A stretch of DNA of 56,588 nt, taken from the NCBI GenBank assembly GCA_041736915.1, contig JBGSST010000238.1, forward strand, positions 1 to 56,588, in the 5' to 3' direction. Source of the stretch: Bdellovibrionota bacterium (GTDB lineage Bacteria > Bdellovibrionota > FAC87 > UBA2466). The stretch's first letter is position 1. Each line of letters begins with the position of its first letter. This document shows, in pieces, positions 25,916-32,613 of the stretch. A program made the position numbers and the translations under genes. The notes under the pieces were generated by a model. It was given only the letters and a program-made list of their open reading frames with translations. It was not told the DNA's origin and did not search any database.

Positions 25916-26359
25916 ATGGATTGGATTGCTCTCGAAGGCAAGAGCATGATGCCGTTTCTAGATGCGGGCGATCGAGTCGGCGTGAAATGGCTGTCGGGGG
26001 ACGACTGGAACGACCTCGTGGAAGGCGACGTCGTGTTGGGACGTAACCCCCAGGGAGGATGGATCCTCCACCGAATTTTGTCGTGCCCACGAGTCGCGGG
26101 AGAAAATCCCGAGTGGGTGACCAAGGGAGACTCTTCGATTACCGCCGAAACTTTCGCCCGCAATGAGCTTTGGGGCCGGGTGGTGGCGGTAAAGCGCGGC
26201 GAAGAGGGGCCCGAAATTTTACTGCAACGAAGTCGACTGGATTTTTGGATCGCCCGTTTTTCGCGGTACACGCAACTCACAAATTCCACCCGGCTCGCCA
26301 AGGCATTTTGCCGGCGCGCCGCCAGAGGACTGGGATGGCTAAGAAGGCGCTTCGCTTAA
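25916..26359 (+). CDS. S26B (SipW/Sec11/archaeal-type) signal-peptidase-like protease lacking an N-terminal TM anchor
   Basis: EGKSMMPFL (Ser10 box), GDVVL, WILHRIL (His52 box) and TKGDSS (cf. the TKGDNN box) occur in the SipW/Sec11 order. The protein starts directly at the Ser box with no hydrophobic anchor. Confidence 0.75.
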   Translation: MDWIALEGKSMMPFLDAGDRVGVKWLSGDDWNDLVEGDVVLGRNPQGGWILHRILSCPRVAGENPEWVTKGDSSITAETFARNELWGRVVAVKRGEEGPEILLQRSRLDFWIARFSRYTQLTNSTRLAKAFCRRAARGLGWLRRRFA

Positions 26360-27396
26360 AACAGATCCAGGCCGGCACGCTGGCCCTGCTGCGGCCGCAC
26401 ACGTTCATCGCCGTGCCGCCCGATCCGCGCATCCCCGCGGGCGCTTGGAAAGAGGCGTTCGCCTACGCCCAGCGCATTCACTCTGCCTTACCCTTTCTCA
26501 TTCAGATCGAAAGAGCCTCGCAAAAAGGGGCGTGGGGAAAATCGGTGTCGGCGGAAGAGCGCGTGTTTCTCTCCGAGGCGTTGCACCGCGATCGCATGTT
26601 TCTTGCGCTGCTCGATTGGGAGATGGAGAAAGCGGGCGAAGTTCTGGCCCGCGCCAAAGTTCCCGCCATCGTACTGAAGGGTATGGACCTCGCCCGGCGC
26701 TTTTATCCGGATCGCGTTTTTCGTCCGATGAGCGACATCGATCTGCTGGTGCGGGCGCGTGATTTTTCGAAAGTGGTTTCGCGTTTCGAAAGTGAAGGGT
26801 ACCAGGCCGTGGGCCGGCACTACCCCGGCCGTTTCCGAATAGAGCTCTGCCGGGACGAAGGACGGCCGGTCGTCGAGCTGCACAGTTTTCTACTGAAGGG
26901 CGACGACGCCGACTCGATGAAGGGAATCTGGAAGCGGGCCAAGGAGCCGGAGAACAATCCCTTTCCGGGAACTCTCGTGCTCGGTGACGAGGACCATCTT
27001 TTTTACTTGGGCGCGCACGCGGCGGTTCAGCACCTCATCGAGTCCCCCATCTGGCTGAACGACATTCACTTCGTGCTGCAGAACGGGGAGCCGGACTGGG
27101 ACAAGCTATTGAAAAAGATCGAGCAGCGCCGCAGCCATACCGCATTTTGGTTTTTATTCACGGTGCTCAAAGCGTGGGGCCATACGGCTCCCGACGATGT
27201 CATCGAGCGGCTCACGGCCGAGGTCGCGTCCGGCCGTCGAGCGGCGCTGTCCGTATTGGCGCCGCAGGAGAGGCTTTTCCCGTATGCCGGCCGCGGCTGG
27301 ACGTGGATGCTATCGGGCCGGTTTCTGCTGAAGGACAGTGCCCTGAGTGCGGTTCGGTACGCCATTGAGCGCCAGCTGGTGACGAGACCGGCGTAA
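26335..27396 (+). CDS. Nucleotidyltransferase family protein (uncharacterised NTP_transf_5-like, DIDLLV motif)
   Basis: AIVLKGMDLARRFYPDRVFRPMSDIDLLVRARDF...GY...VELHSFLL matches the family pattern. ATG at 26335 overlaps the peptidase gene end. Confidence 0.8.
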   Translation: MAKKALRLKQIQAGTLALLRPHTFIAVPPDPRIPAGAWKEAFAYAQRIHSALPFLIQIERASQKGAWGKSVSAEERVFLSEALHRDRMFLALLDWEMEKAGEVLARAKVPAIVLKGMDLARRFYPDRVFRPMSDIDLLVRARDFSKVVSRFESEGYQAVGRHYPGRFRIELCRDEGRPVVELHSFLLKGDDADSMKGIWKRAKEPENNPFPGTLVLGDEDHLFYLGAHAAVQHLIESPIWLNDIHFVLQNGEPDWDKLLKKIEQRRSHTAFWFLFTVLKAWGHTAPDDVIERLTAEVASGRRAALSVLAPQERLFPYAGRGWTWMLSGRFLLKDSALSAVRYAIERQLVTRPA

Positions 27397-27462
27397 GCGA
27401 TCGGCTTAGTGAACCAGCTCAAATACGAGGTGGCTGACCACCTCGTCGGCATATCCCGCCAT
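27219..27462. repeat. Left copy of the duplicated convergent-gene junction (intact NTase 3' end + remnant of the lipase-like gene 3' end)
   Basis: 27219-27243 and 27367-27399 match 29256-29280 and 29276-29308. 27410-27462 matches 29335-29387 (53 nt, 1 mismatch). The remnant still reads ...MAGYADEVVSHLVFELVH* on the minus strand. Confidence 0.8.
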
Positions 27463-27495
27463 TTTGTAATTCGCAATTGTATGGATTGCGTACGG

Positions 27496-29058
27496 CTAAA
27501 TGTCGCGGTTAAGCGCAGCCACAAGCTGCGACTTGAAACCGACCAAAAATCGGACCGCTCGCTCGCGCCAAGTAGATTTCCGAAGCTTCGGCATCGTTCT
27601 ATCTTCTGAGCCGCGCTGCTTTAGTGCGTAGCTTAGGAAACCGTGCTTTTCGGCGGTTAACACTCGAATCTCCCAGCCATGTTCTAGGCAAAAGTCATCC
27701 ACCGCCTGGAGCACCCCGTACCTAACTCCGGAGGTTGCGTTTCCTTCGACGTAATCGTGACCGGCAATAACCCCATCTTTCTTCACTTTTCTGAGGGAAA
27801 CTTCCAGCTCAAGCTTTGTGTTTCGGTAGGTATGGTCAGTGTCAATGTAGACCCAATCGAAGTAGTGATCGGGGAATTGGCCCAGGGTCTGGTGTGAGTA
27901 ACCTCTAAGGATCTCGATCCTCCCGAGGTTAATTTCAGAACGAAACTCATCTTGCACGCTCGTATGCTTGCTTTCGCCGAATCGTTCACTATCCCATGAA
28001 TCGATTAGGTAGAGTTTTTTCGGACGAACCACACGAAGTACTGCCTTCGAAAACTCACCTTCGTCGACCCCCATCTCGGCCCCTATGGAGTTTTTAGGGA
28101 GCAAATTTAAGAGATCTAGGCGAGTGGGCACCGTTCGGTAGTTTTTTTTATGCGTCCCTGGGCTCCGAACGTACTTGTCACAGCTCGTGCACGGGATGTC
28201 CGTGCGAGGCGGTTGCCGCCCCAACAGCATCTGCTTTGCGTAGCTCAATTTTTCTCCGGCAATGACCGCCGAAAGTCCGTCTGTAAAGGCATTGCCAAAG
28301 TCCCCCCAAGTGTTCACGCAACAACCCAGCACGCGACCGTCCCAATTGATTTGGGGACTATTCCACAACTGCTCACAGATCTCGGACAGGTAACTGGTGC
28401 CGGTTCTTTTTTTGAAGACTGATCGATTTCCCGCAACCAATCCATGCATGCGTGCAAATTTCTGGGGGGCTTTCAACGGAGAGAATTTATCGTCGCAGTT
28501 CAACTTCAGGAGGAATTCCATTCCCAATTCTTTGGAAAGCTCCCTTGCCTTATCCACCTCGTGTTGATTGTGACCAAAAGCCACGAACTGCCAAGTAAGC
28601 TTTGGTGTATCGGAGTGCAGTCTCTTCTTTACTGCAACCAGTCGTCGGAGGTTATCGACAACCCGGTCAAAGTTCCCGTTCACCCGGTACTGGGCGTAGG
28701 TGAACTGGCTAGCCCCATCGATGGAGAAGGTAATTCTTTTCACGCCGCATTTAACTAACGCCTCCATCACCTTCGCGGGGACGTGGTTAAAATTTACGCC
28801 GTTGGCCAGAGTGATGGCCACGTTCCTCTCGGCGCTAAACTCCAAGATCTCCACCAGGTCGGGATGCAAAAACACTTCGCCCCAATTCGAAAGTTCGATG
28901 GTCCGTATGTCGGGGTTTTCTTCGATCAATCGCCGATAGTTTTCCATTCCTATGAAGCCTGAACCCAAGTCTTTCCTGACTATTCCCTTGGCGGTAGGGC
29001 ACACGGGGCATTTGAGCTGGCAATGGGTGGAGATGTCTACCCTGACCGATTCTGGCAT
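27496..29058 (-). CDS. Radical SAM/SPASM-like domain fused to a class I SAM-dependent methyltransferase
   Basis: CQLKCPVCP (CxxxCxxC) at the N-terminus. Cys-rich mid region CEQLWNSPQINWDGRVLGCCVN...IPCTSCDKY. C-terminal MTase-like LYLIDSWD...WVYIDTDHTY...KDGVIAGHDY. The ATG at 29058 is preferred because the track ORF (to 29274) runs into repeat-derived sequence. Confidence 0.8.
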   Translation of the reverse strand: MPESVRVDISTHCQLKCPVCPTAKGIVRKDLGSGFIGMENYRRLIEENPDIRTIELSNWGEVFLHPDLVEILEFSAERNVAITLANGVNFNHVPAKVMEALVKCGVKRITFSIDGASQFTYAQYRVNGNFDRVVDNLRRLVAVKKRLHSDTPKLTWQFVAFGHNQHEVDKARELSKELGMEFLLKLNCDDKFSPLKAPQKFARMHGLVAGNRSVFKKRTGTSYLSEICEQLWNSPQINWDGRVLGCCVNTWGDFGNAFTDGLSAVIAGEKLSYAKQMLLGRQPPRTDIPCTSCDKYVRSPGTHKKNYRTVPTRLDLLNLLPKNSIGAEMGVDEGEFSKAVLRVVRPKKLYLIDSWDSERFGESKHTSVQDEFRSEINLGRIEILRGYSHQTLGQFPDHYFDWVYIDTDHTYRNTKLELEVSLRKVKKDGVIAGHDYVEGNATSGVRYGVLQAVDDFCLEHGWEIRVLTAEKHGFLSYALKQRGSEDRTMPKLRKSTWRERAVRFLVGFKSQLVAALNRDI

Positions 29059-29255
29059 CGTGGAGGTAACTATACCTGGTTTATCTATGTCGCGCTTTGC
29101 CTGTCTCGAAGGGAATCGGATGCCTTTGAATCCGTGATAACCGGAACTAAGCAACGCTGAAGCCCTCCGGCTCGACGGGAGCGGTTTAGCGGTCAGTAAT
29201 TTAGAAGCAGGAGCATTACGGCCGACCCGCCCAATGTGGTAGGGCGGCCCACCGG

Positions 29256-29387
29256 CGAGGTCGCGTCCGGCCATCGAGTGCCAGCTCGTTACGAAACCGG
29301 CGTAAGCGCCCCACCCCGATGGCGATCGCCCTATTGAACCAGCTCAAACACGAGGTGGCTGACCACCTCGTCGGCATATCCCGCCAT
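29256..29387. repeat. Right copy of the duplicated junction (deleted remnant of the NTase 3' end + intact lipase-like gene 3' end)
   Basis: See the left copy. This copy lacks the equivalent of 27244-27366 (123 nt). The deletion is bounded by the similar short sequences TCGAGCG and TTGAGCG. Confidence 0.8.
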
Positions 29388-30743
29388 GGCGAAATGGTTG
29401 ATGCCCCCGCCGGAAAATCGGCGGCAGCGTTCGCGTTCCCGCCGAGTTCCGGCGTGAACTTGGCGGCAGGTATTAAGCGCTCCGTCCGATTCCACGAGGC
29501 CGTCGGAAAGCTGAAACCTATCCCAGGTCAGCAAATCAAGTAGTGCGCCCAGCTCCCGTGAGCCAGCCTTTCGTTTAAAGTCGGCCACGCCACGTTCGAA
29601 GAGGGGGCGATTTTCAGAAGCGTGAAGCATGGCCGGGGCCTGACTAAAGCGGGTCGCCATTTCGTCGAGCAGCTGGCTCATAATCGTGGAACGCTCACGC
29701 CATTTTTTGGCGGTTTGGGCGATCTTCCCAATGCTTTGGATTAAGGGAAACTCTGAGTCCTGGCCGGTCTGGCTGAGTCGGGCCAGGGCTGCGGTATCGG
29801 GTCGACCCTTGGTTCCGGTGCCGATAGTCCCCGGTCGAGAAAAATCAAATTCTCCGGCGGAAGCGGCAAGTTCACCGTGGAACCAACCGTCTAGTCGTAT
29901 GGGGGAGGCAAAGCGCACAGCCTGAGCCATTTTGTTATCGGCCTCCGCGAGAGGACTAAGGTCGAACCACGACGGGTTGGTAGCCGCGGAAAGGTCGGAA
30001 AAAGTATCCACCAGCTTGTCGCTGCCCCCTAGCCGGAAAACCTTAAAAAAATCTGTGGCCAGCGACTGTTTCTTTTCTAATTTAGCCCCCAGGATAAGCG
30101 CGCTAAGACCGATTCCGCCCTCGGCGCTCGCTGATGTGTACACCTCGCTGAGGTTCCGGCAGGTAGCTTCCGTCATTCCTGTTTTATCGCCGCATCGGCG
30201 GGCGATGAGGGAGGCGGTCGCCCCGCCCTTCGAATGACCGATAAGGGCACATTTTTTTTGTCCGGCGAAGCTCACGCGCAGGTCGGGACCACAGAGATTT
30301 TCTAGGAGCTGTTCCGTGCGCTCGGTCATTTCAAAAAGCGTGCTCTGGGTGGTCTCCTGAACGGTCATCACGACCTCTTGGCAGGCTTCTTTGCGCAGCC
30401 GATCGATCAGAAACTCCCCGCCGGTGTAAGCTTCGGCGACCGCGCGCACGGCGGTTTTGCCTTGGGCCTGAACAAAAGCGTGAACCAACCTAGCTCCGGT
30501 TCCTACTTGGAGAACGAAAAAATCTACAATGTCTTGGGTGATGCCATACCCCTGAATCAGCACGCACCGGCGCAAGGGTAGCGCCCTATCTTTCGGGGCG
30601 TAGGCCGTCTGGAGGTAGATCTTTCCCTCTACCGTTTCCCGCGGAAAAGTGGCGCGGGCCGAACGTCCGGTATCCAAAACGAGGTCGGGTCCGGCATGGG
30701 CAAGACAGGGAAATACGAGAAACAGCCAAACAAGGGTTTTCAT
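29331..30743 (-). CDS. Secreted alpha/beta-hydrolase, lipase/esterase-like
   Basis: Signal peptide MKTLVWLFLVFPCLAHA. Nucleophile elbow ALIGHSKGG (GxSxG). Candidate acid LSDGLV and His INHFAMAG near the C-terminus. Confidence 0.75.
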   Translation of the reverse strand: MKTLVWLFLVFPCLAHAGPDLVLDTGRSARATFPRETVEGKIYLQTAYAPKDRALPLRRCVLIQGYGITQDIVDFFVLQVGTGARLVHAFVQAQGKTAVRAVAEAYTGGEFLIDRLRKEACQEVVMTVQETTQSTLFEMTERTEQLLENLCGPDLRVSFAGQKKCALIGHSKGGATASLIARRCGDKTGMTEATCRNLSEVYTSASAEGGIGLSALILGAKLEKKQSLATDFFKVFRLGGSDKLVDTFSDLSAATNPSWFDLSPLAEADNKMAQAVRFASPIRLDGWFHGELAASAGEFDFSRPGTIGTGTKGRPDTAALARLSQTGQDSEFPLIQSIGKIAQTAKKWRERSTIMSQLLDEMATRFSQAPAMLHASENRPLFERGVADFKRKAGSRELGALLDLLTWDRFQLSDGLVESDGALNTCRQVHAGTRRERERCRRFSGGGINHFAMAGYADEVVSHLVFELVQ

Positions 30744-30816
30744 CCGCCTCCTTCACTACCAGAAAAACCCTGGGCAGGGGAACGGGTAGAAATGGTGGGG
30801 GCTACGCCAATCCAGT

Positions 30817-32223
30817 TTAGCGGGGCGTAGTCAGATTGCGGTCTAGGAAAACTCCCCGGGGCTGTATGAAGAAATAAGGTGCCTGGTTGGCGACTAAGCG
30901 AAAGGCCGAGCCGTTGGCGCCATTGTACGAGGCTTGGACCGCAATTCGTCCATCGGTCACCGTGTTCGATTGCATCAAAATGTTTTGCTCGTCGTCGGGC
31001 GATAAATCCGCCGCTTCCACGTTCTTCCAGTAGATTATCGCGGCGGGAAGCTGCCCCGTTGGCGTATTGGGGGCGGTCGGCATCGTTACCTTATTTCTCA
31101 ATATGGTGGCGTTACGCATGTACACGGGAAGATTCCCTTTCACTACGCCCGTGCCGTCGGCGATTTCCAAGTAAGTCAGGAGGTAGATTCCGGAATCCAG
31201 CAAAACGTTATCCTGCACCAGAATATTCTCACCGTTTCTAATTTTGAGCGATCCACCCGCGCTAGTGGGGCTCCAACCGGAGATCGTGTTTTTCTCGATC
31301 TTCAGCGTGTTCATTCCCCAAGCGTAGATTCCGTGATCTTCCGGGTAGGCGTCCGTGCCGGCCCTGCGGTGAATCACATTGCCCGAGATTAAGATGTCGT
31401 AGTTTCTCAGGTAGTTCGGAAACGGGTTCGTCGGCGCTAGCGAAGAACGGGCGGCGCCTCCCATATGAATCGCCGACTTATAGAAGCCGTCGATACGCGA
31501 GTTCATGATGCGGACTCGCCGCGTGTTGGAAAGCGCAACGGCCTTACCTACGTGCGAAGCGTCCCGGGTAAAGTTAACATTCGCGACCAAAGCATCCTGA
31601 ACGCGATTCAGATGAATCTGCGGGGCGCTGTCACCGAACCGGGCGTTTCCGTTCTCGAAAGAGCAGTTGCTGATATTGACGCTGCGAATGGCGTAAGGAA
31701 TCTCCGGGGCATTCAGCCCGTTCCCCGCGTACTTCGCGGCGCCGGTGTCGGAGAAAACAAGCGAGATGCCGCGAAAACGAATTCCGTAGAGGATGAGATA
31801 AACCAACTCGCGCGTTGGTTCGGAATCGGAATTAATGGTCTGTTCGAGAAACAGCGAGCTGCCGTCGCGGGTGGTGAGCGTCGCTTGACCGGAGAATAGA
31901 CGCATGGAGGAGCGGAAGGTGAGACCGATGTTTTTTCCGAGTGAGTTCGTGCGGTACACGAAGTAGGTGCCCTCGGGAATCCATACCGTTTCGCCGGCGC
32001 GTGCGGCATTGATCGTTTCTTGAATGCCGATGGAGTCCTATTCATCGCCTACGCGATGGCGGGCCGCCAAACCCTTGGCGTCGAGCTCCGCCTGAGTCGC
32101 GGGATGGGATCTTCCGTCGCCCACGGCCCCCTTCGCGCGTACGTCGAGGCAGCCACTGCCGCAGAGATTTTCGCCGTGGCCGTTCAAGCTCAGAAAAAGC
32201 AAGGGGATGAGGAAGAGTTTCAT
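30817..32223 (-). pseudogene. Right-handed beta-helix (pectate-lyase-superfamily-like) secreted protein interrupted by an in-frame TAG at 32038-32040
   Basis: Track ORFs 32038..32223 (signal peptide MKLFLIPLLFLSLNG, DVRAKGAVGDG) and 30817..31959 are in the same frame. The 78 nt between them translate without stops as DSIGIQETINAARAGETVWIPEGTYF, a typical family N-terminal motif. The downstream ORF has no signal peptide of its own. Confidence 0.7.
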
Positions 32224-32613
32224 CCCCGCATACAGTGCAAAGGCGGGTCCGAAGGTACCGTTCCAACGGCTTGGTTTTCCTCCGTATTTTCGGTGTAAAA
32301 ATATTCGACGATCGCCAAAGATTGAGCGGATTGTAGAGCCCGTGGACGCTTACGCGAACTAAACACGGAAGGGCCAGCGATAACCGTGATTTCGGCCACC
32401 CACCATCTTTTCGACGGAGGTGGAAAGGGAACGCACAGATTCGTGGCACCCTGCAGTTACGAGTAATAAGTGCCCCAAAACGCCGTTTGACGCGGTGTAA
32501 GGGCTGCGAACCTCTCAATACGGTATCAGGATGCCCTCCTAACCCCCATCCTGTTTACTTATTGATGGCCTGCCCTGCGATGTGAAAACGTACTCGGTGC
32601 GTTCGGTGGTGAT

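Noticed and set aside
23445-27396. Lasso-peptide cluster, suggested by the PqqD-like RRE + HprK-like kinase + nucleotidyltransferase + YxxPxI leader motif.
   Set aside because: No Asn-synthetase-like lasso cyclase and no transglutaminase-like leader protease (B2) is encoded in or next to the cluster. A radical SAM/SPASM enzyme occupies the maturase position instead.
27409-27609. 66-aa plus-strand ORF (MNQLKYEVADHLVGISRH...) and its twin at 29319..29543.
   Set aside because: Both are the antisense reading of the duplicated 3' end of the lipase-like gene. They exist only because of the repeat and are not independent genes.
27463-29255. Calling the low-GC insert a transposon or insertion sequence.
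   Set aside because: There is no transposase or integrase and no terminal inverted repeats. The flanking duplication (>100 bp of host junction) is far longer than a transposition target-site duplication. It is reported as an insertion of unknown mechanism instead.
32444-32460. TGGCAC hexamer as a possible sigma54 -24 element in the long spacer, relevant because an NtrC-family regulator is in the window.
   Set aside because: The expected TTGC(A/T) -12 element is absent at the N5 spacing (the sequence is TGGCAC-CCTGC-AGTT).
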